DNA of 64,000 nt, taken from Sarea resinae (lineage: Eukaryota). Numbering within the stretch: the first letter of the stretch is position 1; each line of letters begins with the position of its first letter. This document shows, one piece after another, positions 49,129-62,211 of this stretch. The stretch spans positions 1 through 64,000 of the forward strand of contig JAPEUD010000040.1 of the NCBI GenBank assembly GCA_026026165.1. The letters are read 5' to 3'. The position numbers were made by a program, and so were the translations under genes. The notes under the pieces were generated by a model. It searched no databases. It worked only from the letters and a program-made list of their open reading frames with translations, and was not told where the DNA came from.

Positions 49129-50458
49129 TAGAGGCGTACTGCTTCCATTCTCCTTTTTGTTTTTTCTTGTTATAGCCTCTATCCCGGCCAAAAGACTTCT
49201 GTGTTTTTACTTTTTTACATCCGTTTAATATTTGTTCCTTTCCGTTAACCCTTTTAGCCATCCAGTGCAGCTTGAACTTGTCACAGGGTTCTTCCTTCCT
49301 TTGCCCCTGTCTTAGTAAGTAATGTAACCTTAATATTCGCCCAGCTTGACGCGGAGAAAACCCCTCTTTCTCTTCCTTTTCTTGTCTGTCTTCACTATCT
49401 TTTGAAAATCTTTCTTGTTTATATGTCCTATATTCGGCCCCTTTTTCTTTTTCTTTCTTTTTTCTTTTCGTTTCAAACTTCAGAATAGTAGCAGACGTGG
49501 GCCGTATGGCTGGCAGGAGGTCCGTCCGGCTCGGGAGATGGATTCACCCACCGTCTTTCCAATTGTGGGCGACGGGGTGTACGCATGTACGTATGAGCTC
49601 GAGGACGGTGGCACTCGGGGAGAGAGCGAGAGAGGTAGAAATCTATATGATGAAAAACCCTTGAGTGTAATTGTGTCCTATCAATTCCTTGCATGTGTTT
49701 TGAAATCTTGAGGCCGAAGTATGGTACCCCGACGGGGATCATCGTTTCGAAGGGTACTTTGCTTTGTGTTTAGCGGTGAGGTGTAGAAAGTGCCTGGTGA
49801 GGGCCGATCTCACCTTCGATACAAAGAAGCCATCAATCGCTCGTCATCAGTCAGGATCGCATTCAGAGATGACTATCGGTGCAACTCCCGTTTATATCTC
49901 GACGACTCTTCTCTCTGGGCTACACGTTACACTGATTATCGAATGAGGGGATGGGTGTACTAATCCGCCTGACTCACTTCCATCCACACATACCACAGGA
50001 GAGATGATGGGTAGGTAGATGGATGCATGCATGCATGAAAAGGATGAAATGATAACTTCGATTCGGCGGGACAAGACAGAATTAGAGTTATCGATTAATC
50101 GATCGCTAAACTCGCTGGGGTAGATAAGCTAAGGTAAGGTAGCCCTGGAGGTATGTAAGAACCTTGTGTAAGAAGTAACGCGCACCTTGCATATGCAACT
50201 GTGCGATGATGCGGACGGGCTGGGCTTACGTGAGGAGAGGAGGGGAGGGGCAGGAAGCTGCGAGCAAGAGCGGATGGATAAATCGGATTATCGACAACAT
50301 TTTTTTGCCCATCAGCCTTCTGCTGCTCCACGTGCTTAGTACGACTATTCTGCTTCCTCGTTTTCATCAGGATTGACACTGACACTGACCGACACAGGAT
50401 CAAGCAGCACTCAACCTTGCATCCTCAAGCACCGCGGGAAACGGCATCACTGTTCACT

Positions 50459-51463
50459 ATGGCAGCATCAGCAACAGCAGCGAAAGCGCGCACCATGACA
50501 GCAGCCGTGATCCACAAAGCCGGCGGGCCCGAAGCTCTCGTGCTGGAATCGCTGCCGATCCCGACCCCGTCCAAGGGCCAGGCGCTGATCCGCGTCAAGG
50601 CATTCGGGCTCAACCGGTCCGAGCTCTTCACGCGCCAGGGCCACTCTCCCGGCGTCGAGTTCCCGCGCGTGCTCGGCATCGAAGCCGTCGGCGTCATCGA
50701 GGAGGCGCCCGGCGGCGAGTTCAAGCCAGGCGATGTCGTCGCCACCGCCATGGGCGGCATAGGCCGGGCGTTCGATGGCGGCTACGCCGAATACACCTGC
50801 GTGCCCGCTCCTCAGATCCAGGTCGTCAAAACTAAGCTGCCGTGGGAGACGCTGGGGGCCATCCCGGAGATGTTGCAGACGGCGTGGGGGGCGCTGTTTC
50901 AATCCCTATGCCTGGAAAAGGGCGACCGGCTGTTGATTCGGGGCGGTACGACGAGTGTGGGGCTAGCGGCGGCCGCGATCGCGAAGAATCACGGCGCCTT
51001 TGTCGCCTCGACCACGCGCAGCGAAAAGAGGGCCGATCTGCTGAGGACGAGCGGCGCGATCCACGTCTTTGTCGACGATGGCGCGATCGCGAAACAGATA
51101 CAGAACAAGTCCGTCGAGCCGTTCGACAAGGTGCTGGAGCTCATCGGGGTCACGTCCCTCGAGGACTCGTTGCGCTGCGTTAAGAAGAGGGGCGTCGTGT
51201 GCATGACGGGCATCGTTGGGAATAAATGGTCCTTTGACAATTTCGGCCCGATGGACACCATTCCCACTTCGGTCCGGTTGACGACGTATGCGGGTGGGAG
51301 CGAGGATTTCATGTCGATGCCCTTCGAGGAGCTGGCCCAGCAGGTCGCTCGGGGCGACCTGCATGTGCAGATCGGCAAGGTGTTTAAACTTAATCAGATT
51401 GTCGAGGCCCATCGGCTCATGGAGGAGAATAAGGCGGGAGGGAAGATTGTTGTGTTGACTTGA
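50459..51463 (+). CDS. MDR-superfamily NADPH:quinone oxidoreductase-like protein
   Basis: LIRVKAFGLNRSEL, PRVLGIEAVG, FDGGYAEY, LLIRGGTTSVGLAA and AHRLMEEN.AGGKIVV; intronless. Confidence 0.93.
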   Translation: MAASATAAKARTMTAAVIHKAGGPEALVLESLPIPTPSKGQALIRVKAFGLNRSELFTRQGHSPGVEFPRVLGIEAVGVIEEAPGGEFKPGDVVATAMGGIGRAFDGGYAEYTCVPAPQIQVVKTKLPWETLGAIPEMLQTAWGALFQSLCLEKGDRLLIRGGTTSVGLAAAAIAKNHGAFVASTTRSEKRADLLRTSGAIHVFVDDGAIAKQIQNKSVEPFDKVLELIGVTSLEDSLRCVKKRGVVCMTGIVGNKWSFDNFGPMDTIPTSVRLTTYAGGSEDFMSMPFEELAQQVARGDLHVQIGKVFKLNQIVEAHRLMEENKAGGKIVVLT

Positions 51464-51784
51464 TGAATGAATAAGTAGGAGAGACGATAGTGATGAATGT
51501 TATGACTGGTTGTCACCATTGTTTGTTTAATGTGTTTACTGATATTGGGATTATATGTCGATGCTGCAAAAGGGTAAAAAAGAATATTAGAGAGGTTCTG
51601 CAACTGCACTAGTAATCCTGTTCTGTTACAATAGGTAACTCTATGCTAATCTATGCTGATCTGTAATAAACCAAGCTTATACCTCTGTCTGCAATAGGAA
51701 ATACTATTTTATTATTAAGAACTTATTTTATATAATATAATACACTTGGTGCTAATTACCTTAATTAGAACTAGCTACAGTATA

Positions 51785-52545
51785 ATGGCAAGCACATCAA
51801 GGGAGTCAGTGACATCCCCCGCCCCGGAAGATATCAAGACGCATGTCGTCATCGCCGAGCATGTCGCTATCAACTAATACGCCGTCAGCGTCTTCTCCAG
51901 CAATCACCTTCTCGACGGACCTTACACCATTCTTCGATCGCGGCACTCATAGGCCCTATGCGCGACCTGATCTGGAGGAGCGCGATTGGGACGTGGAGAC
52001 ATTGCGCTTGCAGAGCTGTCAATAATTCACCCGTCCAGTGGTCTAAATAGTCCAAATATTCCAGAGGTCTTGGACCACCTATTTCGACTATCGACAGCCC
52101 TGGCTCTCTCGATCCCGACGTTGTTGGGTGCTACCACCCACATCTACCACTTGGCTTGTCGCTAGGACCAGTCTCCTTGTCATCTCACGGCAGCGGATCG
52201 CTGGAGCGGTGTCTCGAAGATACCAGAGGTCTGAATACGTTTGTCATGACAGCAGGGTATGTTGGTGCTGATAGAGTAGACACTGTTTCAGCTCTCCAGT
52301 CGCTGTCTACGTCCATCTGTCAGCCCCCAACTGAGGATTCGCGTTCTAAAGAGGAACTCAAGAGAGATATCAAGAACTGCCAAGGCAACATCTCTCTCTA
52401 TAAGAAAAAGGCTGCTGAACGGCGAACAGCTCTGTGTTGCGAGAGTGACTTCTCAGACGAGGAATTTGCAGATGACGTGGATTGGGATGATTGGGATGAT
52501 GTCGTGCATACGCTTGAAGAAAATGTGTCGGAATACAATATGTAG
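51785..52545 (+). pseudogene. Degenerate paralog fragment of the 15.2-16.8 kb protease-like gene
   Basis: SPSMS..SSPAITFSTDLTPFF vs SPSMS..SSPAITFSPDLAPFF; VMTAGYVGA vs VMTAGHVGA; ICQPPTED vs ICQPSNED; stops, deletions and no GDSG. Confidence 0.85.
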
Positions 52546-53357
52546 ACGAATTACAAGCAAGTCCTTCAAGGGGCGCTACCCTTTTGGCTTGTTGTCCGAC
52601 AAAATGACTGAACTGCCTCAGCCCCTAAGCAAACGCAGTCAATTCCCGTGTCAGTGCCAGACCAACCCGACAGAGACATCACCGTTCGCAATCCAATATC
52701 AGTCTACAAGTAGTTGAGAAAAGAGCACCCGCCAGTCTTCCCTGAAGGCAACGACATCGCCTTGGAGGGGCTCGCTTCGCGCGCTCCTACAGATAACAGA
52801 AGATCCAAAGACTCGAAGACCTAGCAGACAAAGCTCGGCAGACTAAGCAGAGGATTGAGAGCGACACCGTCAACTGATCACCGACATATTGGAACTGTGA
52901 GGTTCTTTGGGTTGTCTGATGGTGTTGTCCAGAGGGTTCAACGGGGGATGGGGAGGAGAAGGGCGAAGGTCGAAGGTCTTCCAATTCGTCCTGCTGGTTT
53001 GTCGAGGCCCCTCGGCTCATAGAGGAATATAAGGCGCGGGGAGGGGAAGACTGCTCTTTTGACTTGAAAGGATAGGTAGGAGATGTGTCGAAATACAACA
53101 TGTAGACGAAATAGAGCAAGTCCTTTCGGGGGCGCCATCCTTTTGGCTTGGTTTCCGACAAGATGTGATAGTGATATATTTATTGTACATGAATGTCATG
53201 AGTGGGCATTACTGTTACTCATTTGATATGATGACTGATATTGGATTCACATGTCGATGCTGCAAAAAGTAAAAAGGGTATTGCTCCGAGCATTTAGGTT
53301 ATCTTTCTACGTTCTAGCTCCAATGTGCTACTAAGCCCATCAAACACTCTTATGATC

Positions 53358-56300
53358 TTATCCCGCAATATCATGTTCAGGGACTATATCAGATCCATAG
53401 TTCGCCGCGGATTCAGCTTCATGCCGCAATTTCTGAGCCCCTCGACGAATAGGCATCGGGGTGTCGAAATAACCCTTGCGCGTGTGTGATGGCTTTTCGA
53501 GAAATAGCGGAAGGTCCAGCGTAAGTGGAGCTACGCCTCCTTTCTCCTTTCCTGGTGGGCACATTTCCATATATTGGGCTGTATCTAGGAGCGTGTAATG
53601 ACCGTCCTGCTCATCGTCCCGCTCATCGTCCCTTGTGCAACAAGCCGAGCGGCTGTATTCCTCTTCATCGGAGGGCCTAGGTCTCTTGCCGTTGTACTGT
53701 AGAGTATCCGCATCCGTCCCGGGCGCCATAGATATGGGCTCCTCTTCTGAAGCCACTGCGCTGCAGCCAATACCACTATCATGAAATCTCGATGCCGTGG
53801 ATGAAGAGTCCGAGCCTACGGACTCTGGCGAACATACGTCGTTATCATCGGCAGGAAGCGTTATGTTTGGTTGACCAAAAAGCCCGGGCTCCTTTTTCGA
53901 ATCCATTTTCACGCTCCTGCACAAGCCACCTCTCCCAAAGATCACAGCTCCAGGAGCTCCTTTCACTTCAAAGGCTGTAGGAAAATGCCCCTTACCGATG
54001 GCGTTCAGCGGAGTAAGCTCCTGAATTCTGTTGCAATTACAATCGAATGCAAATGGCTTCGTGCATCTCTCAAAGAGTTGAGGGCCTCGATGCCACTTTA
54101 TACCGGTAGTCGTAAGGTTTTCACGAGTCAATCGGTGCCCGGCTCTCTCGTATAGCATATCTAGTATCTCGACGCTAGCAGCCAGGTAGTCTTTCTCTTT
54201 GGGCATCCTTTTCCACTTGTGACAAAGACCATCTGTGCATGACGCTGGCCTGATGATATCCTCAAACCCGCTCGCGAAAAGTACTACAGCGTCAATATCG
54301 CGAGCTAATGTCGTCCAGCCCCCGCCTGTCTTGAGAATCTCCGTTTCACGAGGTCTCAACGGGGATATGTCGTCCACCAAATCCATGAATTCCCAGCCGA
54401 GCAGGCGATCTTGCATCGTCGCTGACAGCGCCACTCCTTGTGCAGGAGACTTATTGACGTCTTGGTCGAGTAAACCTTCTATCTTGGACCAAGTATCCAG
54501 GAAGAGGTCCCTAAAACAGTAGTCTCGTCCTCGAAACGGGCTGCCTGGATCATCGACGAAGATCTTCAATTTAGAATTTCTGTCAGCTTTGTCCAGACGG
54601 AAGATAAATCATGAGTTCTTGGATCCATGGGCAGATAGGCCTGTGACAACCCAATGAAATGCGAGCAAGTCGAGTACGGCATATATGCAAAGCTACACTT
54701 GCCGCATCAACGAGCCATGCTCGCTTCTCCCCCGCATCATATAGGACCACGGGTGTTTTGCTAGCGGCAGTGATGACGCTCTGGAACGGGCCTTGACGAC
54801 TCAGGTGAAGCTTGCTATCCTTCCTTCCAAAAGCAAAGTCTAGTTCTCCCACGCCAAATTGCTGAAAGCCGACGGATCCACCGACAATTCTGAACGTTTT
54901 CCCAGCTCCTGGGGTCGCTGACCAGTCAATATTATCATATTTAGCATCCTTGGTCCCTAGATTCTGTCAATTATCTGCCCGGAGATTTACAGTAAAAAGT
55001 GGCCTTGAGACTTATACTTACCGAGATGCTGCTCTGCAATCCGACACCAGCCTAAGAAGGCCCGCCCAGACTTCATTGACTGCTCGAATCTGTGCTCCTC
55101 CTTATTTTTCGATAAGACTCAATAAGGGCAGCCCTCTCGGACTGCCCCATAAGGCATACGCTCCTCGTTCTCGTGACGTAGGAGGTGCCACTGAATCGAA
55201 TCTTCAAAATGCGCTGTAGGGACATACATAGCCGAAAACCCCTTCAGTAAAATAGCCACCCTAAAATTGGACCGCTTGCCTTGCACCTCCCAGAGCAGCC
55301 ATGATCTCGAGAGGGAGCTCTAAGCCGACTTCTCCGTGGAATCGCTTCTGGATAGGGAAACCTCGAGCTATGGTAGGACTCTCGAATAAGGGATGCCAAC
55401 AGCTTCGGGACTCGATCTCTCTAGCGTCTGTTTTCAATGTTCTCAAATCGAAAGAAAGGCGATCGGGATCATCCTGACTAATTTGGGCGTCCGAGTAGGC
55501 GACTCCTCCATTTGGAGACTCCTGACACGCTGCACATATCCATCCTAATTGTTGGGCACATTCAACGATATCAATCTCGGTACCAATAATTCCAACCTTT
55601 AGGCTATTCCCATCTATTTCGATGGATAACGGAGGATTGCCAGGCAGTGAATCTGTCAAGTGTAAGCTAGATCTTCATCGAAGCCACCCAATATGGAGGG
55701 TTTGATCATCAAAGATTGTTGACGTACTATGCGAATTTTGATATTCTTTTCTATCGGCTACCAAGCTAGTCTGTATGCCTCGGAGGAGCCGCGGTCCACT
55801 GACAGGCCAGATTTGCCGCATGTATGCAGCGCAAGTTGTTGCTTGAGCGTTAATGGCAGAACCTGTCACTGCCAGCACAGCATCAAGTGGCTGCAATACT
55901 CCATCTTCGTATTGGCTTTTGAGAAATTTTACGGGAATCCAATGCAAATGATATTCTGCGTCCAATTTTGTTGTTGGGCGCGCCAGGTCATTCGTCCTGG
56001 GCTTATATCTCTTAATAGCAGCTGAGACTGTCCTCGAGATCATCTCCATCTTGTCGTCCTTCGCGAGCTCAAGTTGTTCTCTCAACTTCTCGATTAAACG
56101 ATGGAAAGGTGCACCGCCGATTAGAAATGTCTTGACTTCTTGAAACTGCAACTTATATCCGTCCAGCTCGAGTTCGGATGTTGTGTCATTTTCTTCAATC
56201 GGAGCGGATGGTAATTCAGGCCTGCTTCCCGCCTCTAGATACAATGTATCCACGATATCTTGCAGTGAGATATCATTTGCTAAGTGGCGCGAATGATGAG

Positions 56301-57955
56301 CTTTTATATTCGATGTTTTCTGGTCATTAGAAGCCAACGAGTTTGCGAAGCAGGCGGTAATGCGATTTCGATAAGAACGAACAAGCTTCACCGCATCCCT
56401 CTCCAATCCTGGCTTTGCCATACATGCCAACTCAATGGCATACTCCTTTAAAAAGCTTTCTGTATTACCCAGCAGATTTCTCTCGTCCTTGGCATTGTTA
56501 ATAAAACCTTGAAGATGACCGTTAAGATGATCTACGAGTGAGTCCGCAAACACGGATATGAACTCCTGCATGGCATCTTTCGAAAGACCCACAGATTTAG
56601 TCGAGGAGTCGAAAGAGCAAACTGAAGCACTGGCAGCTGGCTGTGCTGAATAGTATGCCGAATCCGACCCAGAGTCATTGTCGTAGAGGACTTCCAGATA
56701 TGCAGGCGTCTCAGCTAAACAAGGTTGTATTAAGTTAGATTCTGGGATCCTGTCAATCTCACTGGCTTGTGACTGCGCTTGATTTACTAGCCCAGCCTCC
56801 CTATTTTGGCGCAACAAGAGCACTTGTGCTGAGTGTTCTTCCTTCGCATCAATCTTGCACAGATCAGGCCTATTCGTCTTAGTCGCCCTTTTTTGACCGA
56901 GGTCTGTAAACCCTGGCCTATGGGCGTCGATCTTTTCGGCTGACGTATGCATGGCATCCGGGTTCAACAGCTTGGTAGCAGCCGTACTGGGTTTATCGTC
57001 AATCTCCGTAGGTCCTACATGTCCCCAGGATTCATCGACGCTAAGCAGCCGTCCTTGTTCCGGTACCGAAGACCCACTCGGCCATTCCAAGAACCCTTGG
57101 GAATACATTCCATTCAAGGAGGGACCGCTGATATTAGGAACAAAAGGTGAAGTATTCGAGCCAAAAGGTCCACCACTTAATTCAGAGGGGGGTGAAAATG
57201 TATTTTCGAAGAAGTCAGGGTCGGAAGGGGTAGAAAAGGTAGTTTGGAAAAGTCCAGGGTCAGAGGGGGTAGAAGATGTATTTTGGAAGAAGTTAGGGCC
57301 AGAGGCATAATGGATAATGGGAGCCTCTGTACCTCTCGTCAGGCTGCCAGCATTTTGTAAATGTGTGGGAAAAGAGTCAACGTTGTGTAACCATGCAGGA
57401 GAAGGGTAAGCATTTTGATATCCTGCGGCAGAAGGGTGAACAGGGAGATACGGCCGCTGGAAATGACTTTGAGGAATCATGTATGGGTCCTCAGTGAAGC
57501 GGCTGTCATAGTCCGACCCTGACACTTCAGATTGCGGTTGAGCATCTACTTGAAGCAGACCCATATTATCAGCGTCGGCACTCCAACACATTACGACTGC
57601 CATATCTCATCAACGCGAGGGGCATACCCGACCGAGGCTCTGATACTGTCACATTAGCATCCTCTGGTCCATTCTTGGTCATATCTTCATAATATGAGCA
57701 ACCCTCCCACACTCTGTAGCAAGGTCCACAGCTTGGAAGTTGCCCATCACATCGAATCCTCCGGTTGTGACACCTAAGACACTGTTCTTGTTGTCGTCTA
57801 GGATCCAAAAGATCAGAGGTCCTTCCAAGAACAGGGTTTGGGGGTTCGCCATGATTATCCGTACCAGTACTCCGAGTACACTCGAGCTTGTGTAACCAGA
57901 GATCAATTGGACGCAGGATACTCCGCCTCCATGCATGCTGCGCTTGACAGCACAC
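53358..57955 (-). pseudogene. Large gene with an N-terminal Zn2Cys6 cluster and a fungal uncharacterised C-terminal region; apparently disrupted
   Basis: CLRCHNRRIRCDGQLPSCGPCYRVWEGC (Zn2Cys6); QLGWICAAC, SCWHPLF..IARGFPI, LYDAGEKRAWLVD, GWEFMDLV and LFASGFEDIIRP; in-frame TAG at 55261-55263 and frame breaks near 54570-54650. Confidence 0.6.
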
Positions 57956-58249
57956 ATATTGTCTTCAAGATCGCCTCTCATGCTTGCTTCAGGTCCAAGC
58001 AAAAGCTATGAATCCAAGGCCGACGGAGGAGTGCGAGATTCATCTTCGTACGACATACGGTAGATCGTCCAGTACGGACTAGATAACGTCAACCAGGCCT
58101 CGGCAAACGACAGTGAGCTCCAGGGTTGCCTGATACGGATACGTTAGCCGATGATCTCATGCGGGACATGCGGGACATGCTCTCGTCCTGCGCCGAGTTT
58201 CAATCTAGATTACCTACTTACCTGCTTCATCAATCCCAAAGCTTTCGCA

Positions 58250-59189
58250 ATGGCAGAAGTCAATCACAGGAATAAAGGTGCGAAGATCACGCTGCATTGG
58301 TAAGTAGATGATGGCACCTTCCTGGCACCTTCGCTCCTCAATTGAGTGAGGTGACTATTCCTGACCGGACCCCTCATTGATTGCGCCTTGCTTGGTGGTG
58401 TAGGCTCAACCAGTCACGCTCGCAGCGAATCCTCTGGCTCCTCGAGGAACTCGGAATCGATTATGACATCAAAGTTTATCATCGTCTGGAGACCAAGATG
58501 GCTCCGCCCGAGCTCAAGGGCGTCCATCCATTAGGCAAATCTCCCGTCATCACCGTCGTGACACCGGCTAGCCCGGAACCGAAAGTCATCGCCGAGTCGG
58601 CTTTGATAATAGAATATCTGTCCAAGTATTTTGGAAAATGGCTGATTCCGAAGGAATATCCTGAGGGAAGGGAGGACGAGATTGGAGGCGAGACGGACGA
58701 GTACATGCGCTATCGATACTTCATGCACTATGCCGAAGGGAGTCTGATGACACTGATGCTGGCCGCACTGATCGTTCTCTGTGAGTTTTGGTTTTCGCAA
58801 GGCCAGATCAGAGAGAGAGCTTGCTGACAGGAGCTCGCACAGCAATCCGCAATTCTCCTGCGCCCGTGAGACCTGTCGCTAATATTATCGCCGACGGCAT
58901 CTCTTCGCTGTTGGTGGAGCCGAATCTTAAGACTCATTACGATTTCCTCGAGGGACAGCTGGCCACCTCTCCTGGCGGCGGAGAGTACCTATGTGGCAAA
59001 GAGCTCACCGGTGCCGATATTCTGATGTCTTTCCCTCTCGAGAAAGCACAGGAGCGAGGTGGAATGAGCGCGGCCAGCTACCCGAAGCTCACCGCATATG
59101 TTGAGAGACTCCACGAGCGGGACGCGTACAAAAGAGCGGTTCAGAAGATCATAGACGTCGACGGATCGTATGAATCTAATCTGAAGTAG
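58250..59189 (+). CDS. GTT1: Glutathione S-transferase (Gtt1-like)
   Basis: ITLHW/LNQSRSQRILWLLEEL, HPLGKSPV, AESALIIEYL, HYAEGSLM and LTGADILMSFPL; two introns. Confidence 0.93.
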
Positions 59190-59615
59190 TAGAACAGCAA
59201 TCGTGGTAGAAAACAGGATCCGTATACCTCTGAACTCATCCAACTCGATTCACAACGTTGGAGCTTTCCTAATTAGGCGGTCGTTCTGCCTACGTGACAT
59301 ATCTTTATATCTCTGGAATACCAAGCACAATACTAGATAGCACCTACCACCTTAGAATTCCAGTGTTTACCTAGAGGCTAGTGGTTACAAGCACTATCAC
59401 GAGGACGAGGAAGGAACAGCTCCCAACTAACAGCTCACATCAGCACAAGCAGTTGATACCTTGCTAATCCCTTTCTACCGTCTCCCGGACAGAGCCGAGA
59501 TCGATCGTTTCTGTTCAGGACAGCTGTCCACACACCTTGATACCTAGTCTGTACGTCCGAGAGCTTCTCTCACGTCAAAGATATCGACTCGAGAACCTTC
59601 AATCAGCTCGCAACA

Positions 59616-60593
59616 ATGCTACCGCGGTCCGTCGTATCGGAAGACGTCCACGTGGAGACGGCGGTCTTCCACAATATCACGGACATATTTCACAACCCAA
59701 ATCCGATCGCTAACGGGAGACGGGGACGCATCGAGTGGCCGACGCTCAATCGCCCTCTAATGAGTCTTTTCAGGGGGAACCGCTCACCATCAGCTACAGA
59801 CCCCTTAGCTTATTCACGTGCTGAAGCGGTCATACGAGCGGAGATGGCCAAATCCAATACGAGGAAGCCGTCGATATCCGAAATCGGTATCCAGCATGAG
59901 CTCCTTCAGTCGCGACGGAGGCCTGACATAGGTAGCCTGATCAAAGTTCTTTACTTCCGAGCGAGAGTCCAGAGCGCAATCTGGGACCTTTTTGAGCTAT
60001 TGCATTCGAAGAGTATTGTCAATCTCGAAAGCCTCAAGGTCCCGCTGAACCTAGAGGGTGGATTTTCGAGAGAAGCCTACTCGCTGGCAGCCCTGCTTTG
60101 CTGCTTTAAAGGACCCCTGCAAATGCACGAGTTGATCTCCGAATGTCCTCGTCATATGCGATTCCTATCGCCATTCATAGCTCCGTTACACTGGTTGACG
60201 ACTATGATAGTCAGGTCTAGCGCAGATGACAGATTGGTGGATGTCCTCGAGGCGATCCACGAGAGCGGCTTCCTCGGAGATGTTGATGGACGGGCATTGT
60301 ATGAGTTCGTAGAGGAAATAGAAGAGGTGGAATACTTGCGTGAGCCGAGAGAAGCAATGGCATCGGCCGAAACGGCCCAGGCCCAGCAAAACGTGTGGGG
60401 ATTTTGGCTTCCTCACGGAATTGGACCCAGAGACAACAGGGATGGGTCTCCAGAAGATTTAGCCAAGGAAATTCAAAAGCAGATCGGGGTCTTCAACGAG
60501 ATAGAAGAGGCGTATAAAGCATTCTTTAACATCTCAGACGAAATTCTCCTAGAGCGGCATCAAGCCAGTTGCCAAAGGAGTACAGCTGAGTGA
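59616..60593 (+). CDS. Hypothetical protein, 325 aa, intronless
   Basis: Long ATG-initiated ORF with plausible composition; no motif recognised. Confidence 0.6.
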   Translation: MLPRSVVSEDVHVETAVFHNITDIFHNPNPIANGRRGRIEWPTLNRPLMSLFRGNRSPSATDPLAYSRAEAVIRAEMAKSNTRKPSISEIGIQHELLQSRRRPDIGSLIKVLYFRARVQSAIWDLFELLHSKSIVNLESLKVPLNLEGGFSREAYSLAALLCCFKGPLQMHELISECPRHMRFLSPFIAPLHWLTTMIVRSSADDRLVDVLEAIHESGFLGDVDGRALYEFVEEIEEVEYLREPREAMASAETAQAQQNVWGFWLPHGIGPRDNRDGSPEDLAKEIQKQIGVFNEIEEAYKAFFNISDEILLERHQASCQRSTAE

Positions 60594-61433
60594 CGGACAG
60601 CACGATTGAGCGAAGAGCACTCGAACAGGATGAAGCCATAATCAACAAAGAGCATAATCTATGCACTGAATAGTATTGTGCCGCCGCCGCTTCAGCAGCT
60701 TTCCAGTTGTCATTCGTGCTATCTCGTTGCTCTGGTGTCCAATCCCAACGCTACGCCAATGCTTGAGCTGCCTTCTGCAGGAGTCGACTGACTCCTTCTG
60801 CGAATAAAGTTTGACTGCGGCCTGTGAGACGCAATTTATGGTATAAGTACGTCTCATCAATCATCAGATCTCCACGGGCAGGGGCACAATCATGGGCTTA
60901 GTTGCTCCATGCTGAAATCAATGTCTGGAGAATATGAGAAGAGGTGTCGGTCTTTCCAGACAAAAATGACCGCCTTTAGCCGCTGGTACAGGATATTGCG
61001 CATAGAAAGCGCAGCGATCGCCAGCCAATCTTCATACTGGGATCAAAGGGCGCTTCAAAGCATGGAGCTGGCCGGGAATTCGCTGAGATTATTCAAGGTC
61101 TCTTTGGGATCTCCGTATTGAGGCGATGCAGGGTATCCACTCTCTCCATGTGCCTCAATATCCTAGAGCTGAACACCCATGGAGTGTTGTTTGTTTAGAG
61201 AGCCATAGAAAGCAATAAAATGCAGTGGGACGTTTGTCAAACGCCTCGAAGAATGCTACGGAGAAGCTACCTTATCTATGTGAGGCTATAGGAAGCGATG
61301 GCTTAGAGAGTTCTGCCAGAGGCCAGATGGAAGGCCACGATGGCCTTTCAAAGACGGCGTAATGAATGCAGCGACCTAGATCAAAATTGACTAAGCAAAC
61401 AATTAAGAAACGTTTAAATAACATTTCGCAGTC

Positions 61434-62211
61434 TGAGACGTTCGACGATAATGGTTCAAAAACTCCCAGAATCTAACCAACGTCTGGCTTCCTGTCGTAA
61501 TATGCCGATCCGATCATGTGACTAGGCCGGATTAGGAAATCAGGGGATATCCGTATGATCGTCGTTTTCTCCTAATTATGCAGCAGAATTATGCGTTCGA
61601 TTGCATCATATCTACCAGGTAGTTATATAAACGCGTTCTAGCCGTTGAGTAGTGGAGGGTAGATGAATCGATAGCCACATAGCCGAATATTTCAACACTT
61701 CCGCTCCAGGATTTGACTACCGTGGGACCATGAGACGTTCGACGGAATAATGAGAACTCCAAATCTCGCCTGACCCGGAGTTCAAGCAATTTTCGTCGAA
61801 CGTCTCAGCCTTCCGGTCCCGGAACCGCCATTACGGGTTTTGCTCTTCAGCTAATCTGGGTAAGGCATGCATGCTTCAAAGAGAGAGACTGGCTGGACCT
61901 GGACTGCTTCGGAACCGCCCCGCTGCGGAATGGCCCTGATCTACTGGCTGTGCAGCCAGGGCCGGGGCCGTTTGGGGGAGACGTGATCGCACGACGGGCC
62001 CGAATGGGGGCTGGGCTGGGCCGCTGGATGGATGGATGGATGGTCGAAACGAGAGCGGATCGACTCCGAGCACAACGAATTCCGCTGCTCGCAAAGGGTT
62101 CCGAAACATGTCCCAATCGATTCCGAGATTGAGACGTTCGACGATAAAAGTCCCAAAACTCGCTTGCGTCTCCCCATCGGGCGTTCCGGCCAACTTTCGT
62201 CGAACGTCCTC
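61434..62211. repeat. Three dispersed short units beginning TGAGACGTTCGACG, two of them (~80 bp) closed by an inverted copy of the motif
   Basis: Motif at 61434, 61731 and 62130; reverse complement at 61794-61807 and 62198-62208. Confidence 0.75.
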
